Shown here: in pieces, positions 30,954 through 44,390 of the stretch | Position numbering within the stretch: position 1 is the stretch's first letter | Layout of the letters: the number at the start of each line of letters is the position of its first letter | Assembly (NCBI GenBank): GCA_051294375.1 | Contig: CM119268.1 | Coordinates: 16,307,986-16,371,985 of the forward strand | Length of the DNA stretch: 64,000 bases | Origin: Paraspadella gotoi | Lineage: Eukaryota; Animalia; Chaetognatha | Reading direction: 5' to 3' | Notes under the pieces: generated by a model | What the model was told of the DNA's origin: nothing | The model's database searches: none | What the model saw: only the letters and a program-made list of their open reading frames with translations | Position numbers and translations under genes: made by a program

Positions 30954-31868
30954 TAGATTATACTTATAGAGAGAGCAAGAGAGAGAGAGAGAACGAAAAA
31001 GTAATTTAGTGTGCAAGAATTTTGAAGGTAAGACTAGTGGAAATTGAAGGGAAAACGTGGACAGCAGCCAAGACTGCTGGAGTAATGGCGGCGGCCGCGG
31101 CGGCGGGCGAGGGACGAGAATCCTAGTAATTCGACTGAGGAAGAGAGAGGGAGAACGGAAAAGAAAGAGAGAGAAAAAAAGAATAAAAATAGATTAAGAT
31201 ATGTACTTAGTCTTAGAAGGAGAAAGTTTTAGTTTTCTCAGATTATATCAGGAAGTAATTAATGTCTAAAATATCACGCACACAAGAGCGCGTGCACACA
31301 CACAAAAAAAATGATAATCTTAATGTGTCTGAGACTTACTGTCTTAATTGTTTTTTTTTTTTTTCAAACTATACGACATTATCGCACGAATTGTCATCCT
31401 CGTTGTCATCATGTTAACAGTTGTATTCAGTCATATAACCGCTGTCCTTGCAGTTGTATGTAGTTGTTGATCTTGTTGTAGTTGTTGCCATCCTCAAAAA
31501 TTAGAAGGGATTGCAGTAAACGATTGCAGGCGACGAAGCCAATGAATTGGAGAACGATAACCATTTGCGTCTTCAGGAAAAAAAAGGAAATGATTCTGGC
31601 GAAGAAAGGAAGTACTTTTGTCGCAGTTCTATACCGAGGGAAAGTGAAGAAAGAATGAACTAAGAATGTTTTTAAAAAATAAACTTTGCATCGATTTTAT
31701 TAATTAGAAAAAGGTTAATGCCTGTTAAGTTGACTTGATAATTTATTCCTTACTGAATAAAATTTTTATTCTGCCAAAACGAAATTATTATGTATTTTCT
31801 TCACTTCAAACGGAATCTTTCGCCTCCTGATTAACGACTCTCCGAATTCGCCTTTCGATCTCTCTCTG

Positions 31869-31937
<69 letters not shown>

Positions 31938-32907
31938 GTCACTCTCTCCCTCTCCTCCACCCCAGGCCTCTGGTTGGACGAATTTCGTTTCATTCTGTTA
32001 AACTCGTGATGGACGGTTTCCCCGCTTCGGTTCACATTCGTTTCACATTCCCTTTTAGCGTCCGCCACTTTCACTGGCGCCACCGTCGACCGGTGAGTAA
32101 TAAGATGAAACTTTTTTTTCATAAACTGTTGTCCGGCGACTCTCACTAGGGTTCGCAGGGTGCTGGGCATCGAGCGACGTTTGGGATTCTTGGCGAGAAA
32201 TATTTTAGGATTTAAAAAATTAAATTTTAAAACGTTGGTTTTTGTCTTGAAAGTTTTCGAAAGATATTTGTTGCGAAAACGGGAAAGTGACAAAGTCAAA
32301 AGAGCTCAGCCTGAGGGGTACACTTTCATCGCGCGTGTGTTAGCCCCAGATTTGGACCGTGAAAATACTTGAATGAGAAAAGCTCGACGTCCGATTGACG
32401 AGAAAGCGACATCTGAGACTGAGTCGAGCCTTTACCCTTAATTATTAAATTAAGAAGTGGAATAATAGCACCGAGACAATCGGAATAATCTTTGTCTAAT
32501 TCCATACTTTTTTTCGTTTGCTAAATTGTTTGTTAGATTGTATTTTTTTGGATATCTTAGTATACGTATAAGAATCACGGAGATGCCTAAATGTTTTATT
32601 TTCAAACTCGGAGAAAACTACCACGAGTTGAACCCTCAATGAGAGAATACCGTTTTTAAATTTTTTTTTTTTTTTTATTGAATACGAAAAATATCGAACA
32701 TGAACAATTTGGAAAACGAATTAGTTCGTATAGTCTCTCGCAAAACGAAATTTAAAAGACGAAATCATTTATGTCTCAAAGAACACAAAGTTAAACTTTA
32801 AACAAAAGAAGCAATCCGCCTCAGGGCCACCGGGACGCTGACCCGACGCCGCGCCGCCGCAAAGCTGCCCGAACGACGCGCCTCCTCTTCCCCCTCTGCT
32901 CATCGAC

Positions 32908-32999
32908 TCAACCCCCTCGAAAGGCGACGATAGCGACTCCGACGGCCAGAATCGAAGCGGCGCCAATGGGTCTTAGGACTTCGGCGCCACCGCATAAAC
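32908..32999 (-). CDS. Small Cys-rich protein, exon 2 (GLCGGAEVLRPIGAASILAVGVAIVAFRGG*)
   Basis: Strong acceptor ccccttttctatgtcag in phase 1 supplies the 8th Cys and a small-residue / spacer / hydrophobic tail. The intron is 129 nt. Minus-strand AATAAA occurs at 32674-32679 and 32595-32600. Confidence 0.75.
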
Positions 33000-33128
33000 C
33001 TGACATAGAAAAGGGGTAAGATGGCGCTGTAAGTCAAGTAATGAGACTTCATTGTACTTGAGCACCTCTTAATTCTTCAAGAACCACCCCTGTTACCCCA
33101 TCACGCTCCATCACCCCCCACAAAATAC

Positions 33129-33387
33129 CGTCGTTTTTCAAGCAGAATCCGCACTGATCCGTGCACGTGTTGTACTGCTTTCCGTCCTCGCTGTTGTAAA
33201 ATCCCCAACAGCAGGCGTAGGTCTTTTTCCCCGTCGACTTGGCCATTTGTTTGCAGTAATAGTCAGACTTGCAGTTGTTCACGGTTTCCGGTTGACTCTT
33301 TTTCTCGCTTGCTTCGGAGTTCAGCGCCGTCGTAGGCCGCAGCGTCGCCGCAGTCAGCAGCATCAACGACAACAACAACAACGACAT
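33129..33387 (-). CDS. Small Cys-rich, putatively GPI-anchored protein, exon 1 (signal peptide + 7 Cys)
   Basis: ORF 33049..33387 begins MSLLLLSLMLLTAATLRPTTA (signal-peptide-like), then C39, C45, C59-C60, C75, C79, C82. Donor GAC G|gtattt in phase 1. Confidence 0.8.
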
Positions 33388-33734
33388 CGTTTGTTATTTT
33401 TTTCTTGTGGGAGAGAAAATCTTTCTCTCTCTCGTTCTCTGTCTCTCTCGGCGCCGTTGTTCTGCGTCTCTCTCTTCTCTCTCTCTTTCTCGTTTCCTCA
33501 CTCCCAATCCTTCGCTTCTATCGCCCCCGCGTTTTCTTTCCCGAGACGATGTCACTCCCTCGCGATGTTTTCTCCCTCTCGCTCTCTCTCTCGCTCGCAC
33601 TCTCGCTAGCACTCTCGCTCGCTCTCTGTCGGATCGAAAGAGGGGGGAAAACTCGGTAATCCTTCTTATTCCGGCTAAAGCTTCGTAGTAGTAAGACGTT
33701 ATAACAACGAATAGGCTCTCTATCTCTCTCTCTA

Positions 33735-33815
<81 letters not shown>

Positions 33816-35210
33816 GTTTTTTCTTTTCTTTATAGAAAAAAATAATGATATTGAGTCTGAGCTGCCAAAGGCAGAGGAATGAGGAAAAAAATCATTGTTG
33901 GTTTTGATAGATAGAGAGTTAGAGAGAGAGAGAGAGATAAAGATCGGAAATGTAACCGTGATAAAAAAAATATAGGAAAAGAACGAAAAACGAAAAAGAA
34001 TGATAAAATATAAAACATATAAGATATCTAGAAAACTAAAAAAAAAGAAAAAAGAAAAGTGAAATCGTCGACTGCGACGACATTGATGGCAACAGAGAAG
34101 ATCAACTAAGGATGCCATCAACTAAAGATGCCATCGACGTAAAAAAAACGTGAGGACGACGAAATCACTGAAAGAAAAATCTCAGCTCTGTTTTTGTACT
34201 AAGGCTTCGACTCAGGGGCGTGTATAAATAATATTTATTAAATATGACAGGCCCCGTCCCAATATTTTATTAAGCACCCATTAAAATTCAAAATAATTCT
34301 CACTTTGGGTGAATGGGTGTAATTTTAATGAGGCATAATATTAAAATATTAAACGTAAAATTCTTGGATATTGATAATGATCGAAATTGTATTGTTAAAA
34401 AGCGATCGGCTGAGGTTTGGTTTTGATTTATTCTTGATAACGAGGATATAGTGAGTGTCTCCAGCGAATGAATACAGTGAATCAGTACAGCTTTAAAATG
34501 TTTAAAACATTTACTGTAGTCGTTGGATCCATTATCTTTATCGTCATTCATTCCCAATCTACAAAAATCATATAAACATAATAGACTTCTGTAATATAAC
34601 ATGCACTCTATATATCGTGAAGAGACAACCGTCGTATTGAGTTTAGGGAAACCTAATCCTCGCAAAGTTCAAAGTTCAATTCAGACGTTATTTTCCAAAG
34701 TTTGGCCGCATGTGACCTCTTGAAGGGTCGCAGCCATCACGGCCGTCAGAATCGAGTTCTTGGCAGCCCTTGCATCTCAACTGCTTCTTGCAACGCATTA
34801 AAATAACATAATTAAAAATCATTCTCACATAAAATCGGTGAAACTATGATAACATTTCTCTAGTTAAAAATAATTTTCTATTGAAATTGAAATGGACGAA
34901 AACTACTCTAATCTAGGTTCTTTGTAAAGCATTGCTTTTTTTTCGTTAAATCGAGCAAGAGCATATTTTTTTCTTAAAATCGAAAAATAAGAAAATATTT
35001 TTATTTTCTCATTCTGATTGCTTATTTTGGGTTTTTTTTTTTTTTTTCGTTTTTATTCTCTTTCTGATTCTTTTTCATATCGTTTTCCTTTCAAATTTTT
35101 TGCTTTCTTCGATTTGGAGGCAATTTCTTTACAGGGCAACGTTGACAACGAAAATAAACAAAAGACGATATTTCTATGAATTACAGATTTCGCCCTTCCA
35201 TTCTTTTTGT

Positions 35211-35270
<60 letters not shown>

Positions 35271-37274
35271 TATTTCTTTATTTCTTTATTTCTTTCTTTA
35301 TATCTCTCCATCTTTGGTTATTTCTTTTTTTCCGAGTTACTTCAACGTTAGGTGTGTTTTAAACAGCTCAAGGCAAAAATAATAATCTTTGAAATCGATT
35401 GAAACATCGTCACGATTTTTAGTTTTTCGAGAAGGCAACAAATTAGGGTTAGCAGAAAAAAAAACGGGGCTGAAATAACTTTTCTTTTTCAGACATTTTA
35501 TGCACAAAACTGTGTGTGTTCCGAACAATCCTTTTTCGCACAATGGTATCTTAACTTGATTATAGAAAAAAAAAGGTTTTGGAATCATAATCATAAGTCT
35601 TCCATTATGCGATAAAACTCAATCTTAACTGAAAAAAAAAAAATCTTAAAAAAGTCCAAAATGGAAACTCAATTTAATCTCTTCCTAAACCAACGAGAAA
35701 TTTTTTTTCGTTAGACCGAAATCGATTTATGGTTTTACATTTTTTTCCCTTTTTTGGGGGGGGGCTTTTTTGTGATTGGTATAAAAGCAGAGAGTTACTC
35801 ATGTTGTCAATTTTTTTTTTATATCGTGTTTACTTTTTTAAACTTATCGCGATTAGAACGTTGAGGTAGAATATAAACTTTAAACATCATACAAATTAAC
35901 TAAAATTTCTATCCAGCCTTTCTATCTCCACCGATCCACCCCCCCAACCCTCTGGGATGGAGGGTCAAATGTCAAAGTCAGACGACGACCCCGAACCCGC
36001 GATGCGAAGGGAAATCGATACTCACGGACGCTGGGCGGGTGAAGGGGCGGTCGAGGGGTGACGGAAGGAAGGTAATGAGAAAAGGGAGGGGTTAATTCGG
36101 GAGGGGAGTATCGGAAGACGAAGGGGGGCGCTGGAAAATGAAGAGGGAAAAATGATTTGAGAAGACGAGAGAAAGTTGATATAATTGTGACTGGCGGAGG
36201 CGTTGAAAAGAAAGAGGAGGTGGGAGGAAGAGAGGAGAAAAAGAGGAAAGAAATGAAAAGAGAGTCGAATCCATTGAGGAATCCCAGTTTCCGAAAACAG
36301 ATTAGTTGTTGGCTTTAGCTTCGTGCTGTGTCATTTCCTCTATGAGGCACATTAGCGAAATGAATGAGATGGACGTTCAGATTACTGTATCAGTGAACAC
36401 TTTTATCAATGCAATGTTTATTAAGATTTTCATTGCTTTTTTAATCTGAAAAATTGCCTCTTAGTTTATGAGAAAACGGAGATACGGACAAAGTAAAAAG
36501 GATTGGGAAATGAATGAAAAGATGAATGAGGAGAGGAGACCAAATATTGGAATAGAATATCAATCATTCGGGCCGAAGAATTGGTAAAAGAAGATGTTAA
36601 ATACATATTGTTATAAATTTTTTAAAAAATATATTTCTTAACGTCACCAACAACTACAGTTGATGGTTTTAAATCTGTGAGAAATGGAAGAAAGAAAGAG
36701 AAGGGGAAAAGTGAAATTGCGATGCCGCAATATCGGGAGGCGACAAATATTTTATTTCGTGTCATTTGAGGAAAGGAAAGAGATATAATTTCCTGGCAGT
36801 TCGCTCTTTCCCTCTTTCTCGTAGCCGGTCTGATATCACACCTCGTTTTAACAACGGGAAGGCTTGAAATTTGTTAACTTTTTATTTTCATCATTTTTTG
36901 TTTTAAAACTTTCGCTGGCAAAATTGTTCGATTTTTTTTCCTTTAATTTTTATTAGTTTTTCTCATTCGTATTTGTTTCGATCTTTTTGATCTTTATTTT
37001 TTTCTTCTATCTTTTTTGATCTTTCTTTTTTCTTCTTTCTTGTTCCCTTTCACAAATTTTATTCACTGCCTCAAGGCTGACCTTCGCTAAAACCCATGAA
37101 TTATTTTTTTTCGGTGCGTGTAACAATTTTCGTCCCTTTTTTTTAGGGTTATGATTGCGGTTGTTTGTTCCCGTTCCTGATTTTATTTCATTTCGTTTCC
37201 TTCTTCTTCTTTCCTTTTCTCCCCTTAACTTTTCGTGTTTTTTTTTCTTTAATAAATACTAATTTTCGTTTGTT

Positions 37275-37321
<47 letters not shown>

Positions 37322-37405
37322 ATTTTCCATTTTTTCTTTTTCTCTTTCATTCTTACTTTCATTCTTACTTTCTTTCCTTCTTTTTCGTTCTTTCTTTCTT
37401 TTTTT

Positions 37406-37453
<48 letters not shown>

Positions 37454-37882
37454 AATTCCTTTCTTCCCAGCCCACTTCCTTTTCATCATTGTTTCTCCCC
37501 CCCCTCCTTTTTTTTTTGATAAATAATCCCCGTCATTTTCACATCGTTGCTCAGCCTCCTACATTTTCATCAGGTTATTTTTATCTCCCATTTTATTTTC
37601 CTTTGCTCCGTTTCCCGCGACCCCTTCCCCCGACTCGACGCTCGCGAGGGCGAGGAACGTGATGGAGGCGGTAAGGGATGGGTGGGGGAGTGGGTGCGTG
37701 AGGATGAGAGTCGAAGAGTGAGATATAGGGTGAGTGGGGTGATAGTGCTCGCGCGAAGAATAAGGAGAGTTCAGCGCGGAGAGAAACAGTTTTTTTATGT
37801 TTTAATACTTAAGGAAGTGGTCCTTTTATACTAATTAAAACACAATTGAAGAAATTATGACGTAACATTTCATTCAAAGTTA

Positions 37883-38049
37883 GGGAGTTAATAAACAAGA
37901 CGGTGCGAGAGTCTTGATTGAAAGCTTGATTGGTTCTGCTATGTTATTATCTTGGAAGAGGGATTGATTTCTTATCCCACCAAAGCCCGCCCAATGTCAG
38001 CGAAAAAGATTGCTTATTTATTGAATGAAGGGATAATTTTGTGTTGGTT
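37883..38049 (+). repeat. Dispersed ~165-bp repeat, copy 1
   Basis: Colinear with 46100-46266: shared gagagtcttgattgaaagcttg, ctgctatg(t)tattatcttg, ccaccaaagcc, gcttatttatt, ggataatttt. Confidence 0.8.
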
Positions 38050-39023
38050 ATATGAAGTATATATTATATTATATCATCGTATTATATAATATTTTGACAT
38101 AGAGAAAATATTGGCGCCGCTTAAAAAGCGAATGAAAGCATGACGAGCATGTTGTCTTGGGTGAACTGTTAATAATTTAAGAAGCTGACTTTGAAAAAGA
38201 GTTGGTCTTTTGTATGAAAAGGTAAGAGCGAAATCTCATCAAAAGTTACTGTTGAAAAAGTAAAAATAAGTAGTAACGTAGTAATGTAAAACTCTGATGA
38301 GCAAGGGTGAGAGCGTTGTAACGAGCCGATAGAGAGAATAAGCATGAGAGTTTTTCAAGATAGAGAGCGAGAGAGAGCGAGAGAAAGCGAAGATGCGCGT
38401 GAGGGTTGAGAGGGTGAGAAAGAGAAGACGTGAGAGGCGAAGTGAGGACGTGTGAGAAAGTGAGAGGGAGTGAGAGGAAAGGACGTGAGAAGCTAGTTAG
38501 ATTGAAGGGAGGATCGGGAATCCGCATTTACTGCTTCCAGTGAGAATTCAGAAAAAAGAATTGCATTTGAAGGAATGAATAAAAGGAAAATCGTAAATAT
38601 GTACTTTAAGTAAAAGAAAAAAAGAATAAAAGAGCTTTTTAAATTTTTTTAGCGGAGTTTATGACAAAGAATGTACATAGTACTATTTACAGACCTCGCG
38701 CTTGTAAAGAGTTCAAGGAACGAGCAGACTCAAGCCGAATATTAATAACGAAAGTGCATCGAACGGGCGCCATCAAGAAAAAAAGAGCAAGCGCAACTTC
38801 CGTTTTTTATTCCACGTGTTCCAATGAAATTTGGAAAAGGAGATTTCGCCAGTGGTCGCTTCAAACCATCGGCGCGTTCCTTTTGCTTTGCTAAGGAAGC
38901 AGGGAACACTGGGATCGTCCTCGAAAACTAGAATAGGGGATAAATTGAAGGAAAGCCGTGGAAGGTATAAGCTTAAGGTCTAAGTTAAACACCAAAAAAG
39001 TTTACTTCTCTTGTTAAATAAGA

Positions 39024-39088
39024 CGAAGGAACGAAGGAACGAAGGAACGAAGGAACGAAGGAACGAAGGAACGAAGGAACGAAGGAAC
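39024..39088. repeat. (GAAGGAAC)n octamer tandem repeat, ~8 copies
   Basis: Directly visible perfect repeat. Confidence 0.9.
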
Positions 39089-40610
39089 GTTAGATGGTTC
39101 TTAACCGCCGTGAAGCATCAAGAGCTCAACGATGTCACATTCGATGTCTGGCTGAGTAATGGAGAGATCGAAAACGGAAATGAAGAACTTGATGGTGATG
39201 GTGCTGGAGTGTTGAGGAAATTAATTGATGCGAAACATCAGGCTGGCTACAGGGGCAAAATGTTTGAGAATCTCATCTCTCGTAGAAAGCTACGAAGGTA
39301 GTTAAACAGGAGAATGAGTTTTTATGTACAATGAGTCACGCGGGTAATTTTAACTTTTCAAAATGACTCCCGGGATTTGCGCCAGTTTTGTTATTTTTTT
39401 CGATCAGTATATTTTTCCTTTCTTTTTCGTTGGTTCCGATAAAAAGTAAAACAACTTGAAGAATGAAACCTCGTCCGGACTATATTTATACTTGGGAAAG
39501 GCGAGCGAGTTGTGGCAGATTGAAGTGAGGCGTCAAATTTGTGATGGGAGGGAAGAGAAAAGAAATTGGGGAAAGTGAGAATTTGCAAGCTGGATGGGAG
39601 AGAGGAAAGAAGAAATCGTGAATTTGCAGTCACGTTGTGGTAGCCGGTCGTTGCGAAGTGAAAATTGGTAAGTGTGAGCGAAAACTAAAATGAAGTGTGG
39701 GAGTTGGAATGGATGAAAGCCAGGGGGGGGTAAAGGAAGTGACGGGGGGTGATTATTGTAGCATAGAAAAGTGAGGAAAGAAGGAAGACCATGAAGTTGT
39801 GTGGGGTTATGCATAAAGTAGGGTAAGGGGAATTCGGGTAATGGAGAAAAAGAAAGAATAAAAAAAAATTGCGCGTCTTAATCGGTTTTTCTTGCGACGT
39901 CGACTCAATTTCTTTGTAAAGTTTGTTTATTTTTTTTACAGGGCGCCATGAATACGGAAAAAATTAGTTGAAACTTAAATCAAATCTAAAACCAACAAAA
40001 AATTTGAATTATTTTAGGGATTGTTTATAATTCCTTCTTAAAATTCTTCAGTTGGCGAGGGTGATAGAAGCGACTGGGTTGTTCATTGAATGTTTATATT
40101 TGATTCTAAACAAAATAGCAACGAATACGATGCCTTTGACAAGTGTCTCAAATCCCTGGAAAATTGAAGCCGAAGTTCCTCTCAGATTTAAAAAGCGCTC
40201 GAGCGGAAAACTTCAGACACAAGAGTTAACTGGTTCAGCGTCTTGAAAATTTTAATTTTGTTGTACAAAAGTTTAGGAAAATAAAACATAATCAACACAA
40301 ACTAAAAAATAAAAACAAAAACAAAAAAAGTTTTGTTTTTTTTTTCCAGCGGCTCGAGTGTGTGTACCAGTTTTCTCACATCATCCCATTATTAATTTAT
40401 GAGGAAAGGAGGATTATTAAACCGGGCGCGTCTTCCATTGTTGGCGAAATAACCGTCATTGTAGAGCCGCTTTCAGGACTGTATTCTTAATGGAGCACGA
40501 AGGAACGCCGAGCGAAGGAGAGGGAGTGAGAAACACAGAGATAGAGAGAGAGAGAGGAGAGGAGAAAGGAGAGAGAGAGAGAGAGAGAGAGGAGAGAAGG
40601 AGAAGAGGAG

Positions 40611-40652
<42 letters not shown>

Positions 40653-43297
40653 GGGGGGAAGAGAGAGGGAGAGAGGGGGGGGGAAGAGAGAAGCACCTAA
40701 TTAAGACTCGAAGGCTTAACTACTCATACGCGAGCGTCCTACTGACATTCGAGGGACTGAGGTAATAATAGTAATATTAGAAACGCACTAATGGCGAAAC
40801 AGAAGGCGAGATTAATGAGGCAAATGCAACTGACAGTTTTTCTTACAATGGTAATAGCGATAGGAAAGACTTTCTTTTTTTCTTACACACTCTCACTCTC
40901 TCTCGTTTGCTTTTCGTAATTACCTTAATTACCTTAATTACCTGATTTACAAATTTGGTGAAGTTGGCGCGAGATGAATACATTTTTGTTAATCTTACCT
41001 CCATTTCGCGATTAAAAATAATCCAATTAGAAAATGATACATTTTAGAGCCAACTTTTAAATTCAATATTGCGGCGTCGAAAAAGTTAATACGAGTTTTT
41101 TTGGTTTTTTTTAAATAGTTGTTCATTTCAAAACAATTTTTCGTTTAATATTATTAAAAATTAGAAATTTAAAATATCAAAATTTTCTGTCGTCTTAATC
41201 GAAACGAAGCGCGAAACGGGAGTTTCTTCCATCGACTTCCGGTCTAAAGAACGCGGCGTCGTTCTCTCGCGCGACGCTCCTCTAAACGCGCGTGCAGAGA
41301 GAGTTGGAGGAGATGAGCAGAGGAGGATTGAGAGATTGAGAGAGCAGAGGAGACGAACCGACGATCGGAGAGGAGCAGACGAGAGAGAGAGAGAGAGACC
41401 TTCTCGAGCCCGGGAGAACGTGTATTCGCATGAAAGAACGCGAAGAGGGAAAAAAAAGCTTAGGAAAATGTGAATATGTTTTCCCATGTTACTCATACCA
41501 ACTCGGCCAAACTTTCCCAAACCCAAAGCCCAAAAAATTCAACGCGTTAAATCCTTTTGCATGTTAATGTTTATTCCTTAACGACTTTTACCATGAAATC
41601 GTTTAGGCATAAGAGTCGTTCCTCCACTAGCGGTTCCAGTTAAATTTTTTCTTAAATTTTCGTTGGGGGAACGAAACTCCGAAATGTTGGTTAGGAATGG
41701 TTTTTTTTTACAAGGTGAACAAAATATCTACTATTTGTAAAGAGCTGCTTGCAGAGTAAATGAAATTGAGAAATTATAAAGGCTTGAAATGCTTTTTATT
41801 CAAGAACAAAACAATGGTATGACAAGGGTACTAATTATTTAAACAAATATAGTAATATCTAGAGTCTAATGTAATAATTTTATCGTTACAATGAACTGTT
41901 TTTAATTTAATTTTCTTAAAGATTAGGAGATGGTATGAATTTTAAGATAAATGGTTCCTTTGTAAATTACAATGATTTACACTAAGTTATTAATTAAAAA
42001 GTGTTGCTCGAAAAATATGTTAAAAGTAGAGAACGTAAATTTACTTAAATTTTAAATCATCTGATTGTTCCCTTGGATCTCGTTATTTCTGGTACTATTA
42101 CAATAACAATCCATTTGAAACTAAACAGTTATTATTTACAAGCTTCTGACAAATTCTATGGTATAACACATTCATGAAGACATGATTAAAAGTTTCATTT
42201 ACTGACCAAATTAAAATTTAATTCATCTTGTATGCCACTTCATCCAAATAAAAAATTATAAACTGGTATTTATTAATCCGCCTTAATAAAAAAAAATCGG
42301 GTGATTTATTTTTTGCAGTTTTGTAATTCTCAATTGTTACACCTCGAATTAGGTGACTTAAACTTTAACACACGTGTTGATTGTTAGGTTGATTTAACTA
42401 AATGGTATAAAGTTTTACCATTTGTGAGTTATACCTCGATATTCATGAGTATTACAAACAGTTATTCAAACTCATGAGGAACATTAGTAAAAGTTTGTTT
42501 CGGTAGTTGTTGGCTTCTTAGCGAGAAAGAAGTCAAAACTCAAACTGACAAGATATTATGGAATTATTCTATTGTGTCAAGTAGTGATTGTTAAAAGAAA
42601 TGTTTTAATTTTATCAATGCTCTTGATAACACAAGGTCAGTTTTTAGCTTGGATTATCATCTTGAGAATTTTTACCCTGTTTGCCAAAACAATGGAGATA
42701 ATACTTTTTAAAATGCTACGGTTTGACTGAAGACAAATTTACAAATGTATACTACTGTACATAATATTTAATATATAGCGTAAAACATATAACAAAAATT
42801 ATAAGAAATGGAAAGCAATCAGTTGAAAGTAACTCGCATAAATTGAACAATGACTAATATACACTTAGGAAAATAAAAGAAAAACTACGAATTTTTAGTA
42901 CTCTACGTAATCAAAAATTTTGCGATATTGTCATTTAGGATTTTTTTACCACATTTACCATCGAAATAAAAACCTAAAATATACTTCATTAATCGGGATT
43001 GGCATTGAATTGGTCAAGGATGCAAAAAACGCTGTTTTTTTTAATTTTACTATCTTGAGACCAATATCATTAAACCTAAGTCAAATTGAAATTCTAGGTT
43101 AAGAAAATTATTACTGACACACCCAAGTTAATAGTGCGCTTAAAATGACTGTTCTTAGAAGCTATTACTATGAATAGTATCAAGTAAACAATAAATACGG
43201 AGGAGGGAAAATAAAAGAAATTGGGTGATCGAAAAAGATCATATTTGAATTTAGATAACCCGGTAGAAAAAGATGAGGTTTTTTAATTTCACAGATT

Positions 43298-43378
43298 TCA
43301 CAGGTAACCAAGTTCCAGGGCGTGATGCAAGGCAGCGAGATCAGAATGTGACGAAATTCGCCAGAAGGGAAAATTTAG
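43298..43378 (-). CDS. eya: eya last coding exon (LNFPFWRISSHSDLAALHHALELGYL*)
   Basis: Poly-T-ag acceptor. Canonical EYA C-terminus followed by TGA. Confidence 0.96.
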   Translation of the reverse strand, partial: LNFPFWRISSHSDLAALHHALELGYL

Positions 43379-43668
43379 CTAAAAAAAAAATAGATAAGCC
43401 TTCTTTAAATCATTATGCTTGCGAAAGAGAGATTTTTTATATATTCTTTTTAGTTATTATTTAATTCAAAGCTAATTCTTGGTTATTTTACAGTTATCAA
43501 AACTTTTTTTAATGTATTTCAATAAATTTATGACAATGAATTAATTTAATTTTCGTCTTAAATTAAAGATAATAGTAATTAATAGTTTTGAAGTTGTATT
43601 CAAACTTTCACTTGGCAGTCTTGGCACTTAATGTTCTTTTGTTTTAGTAACCCGCGCCTTCATCCCAC

Positions 43669-43833
43669 CTGCTTTGCGGCCTGTTCCTCGTCCCTCCCGT
43701 CACCGACCACGATATAGGTGCACTTCTTCCCGTATCTGGAGGCGATTCGCTCGAAGCAACTCTCTTTCCCGATCTTGGTGGCGCTGTAAACGTTTTCGAT
43801 GGTGAAGACGCCGCCGAGGCCGTAGAGAAGAAT
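43669..43833 (-). CDS. eya: eya exon 10 ([55 protein letters not shown]), HAD motifs III/IV
   Basis: (ct)n-cag acceptor, CAG|gtggga donor, phase 0->0. Confidence 0.97.
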
Positions 43834-43891
<58 letters not shown>

Positions 43892-44065
43892 TTAAACCGG
43901 TAGTGAATACGCTGAACAAGTGGCCAAATAAAAACAATATATTTTAAAAATTTAAGACACGCAAGTCAGAAATATAATTTCTAAATTATTAAATTGTAAT
44001 TTGGCCTTGAAATATTAAATGAGATACGTATTTCACAACGACTTTGAAAAAGAGTGAATCTTCAC

Positions 44066-44138
44066 CTTGGAAAGCGCGGGGACAAGTTGAGTGGTAGTGA
44101 CGAGAACGTTAGTGCAGTTTGATCGAGAAGCGATAATG
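44066..44138 (-). CDS. eya: eya exon 9 ([25 protein letters not shown]), HAD motif II
   Basis: gacag acceptor, AAG|gtgaag donor, phase 2->0. Confidence 0.95.
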
Positions 44139-44290
44139 CTGTCCGAAGTGAAAAAAATTTACAATTTACAAACGTTGAAATATGCCCAACTTGTTTTCAC
44201 GGAATCTGTAATTATGCATGGTATTATATATAATGCACAAGTCGAAATACAACTACAAATAATATCAAATTAATATTTTCTCAAACTCAC

Positions 44291-44390
44291 CTAAGACACT
44301 TGAGCGACATCGTGAGCCAAGAATCGGTGAGATTCTCGATATCAGATCGAGTGTTCAACCAGAGATCTCGCTTCTGCATCCCGAGTAAAC
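44291..44390 (-). CDS. eya: eya exon 8 ([33 protein letters not shown])
   Basis: attcag acceptor, AG|gtgagt donor, phase 1->2. Matches the EYA GLLG...W...IE.LTD.WLT pattern. Confidence 0.95.

Noticed and set aside
33049-33128. Unspliced C-terminus of ORF 33049..33387 (ILWGVMERDG...)
   Set aside because: The spliced model uses good GT/AG sites, gives an even Cys count and a GPI-like tail, so this stretch is better read as intron.
34214-34800. caggggcgtg hAT-like terminus and a short Cys-containing ORF near 34690-34797
   Set aside because: No matching opposite terminus or TSD found; the ORF is too short and has no splice context.
39011-39301. Protein-like plus-strand ORF (RWFLTAVKHQELND...)
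   Set aside because: Starts inside an octamer repeat, lacks a pyrimidine-rich acceptor, and has no recognisable motif.
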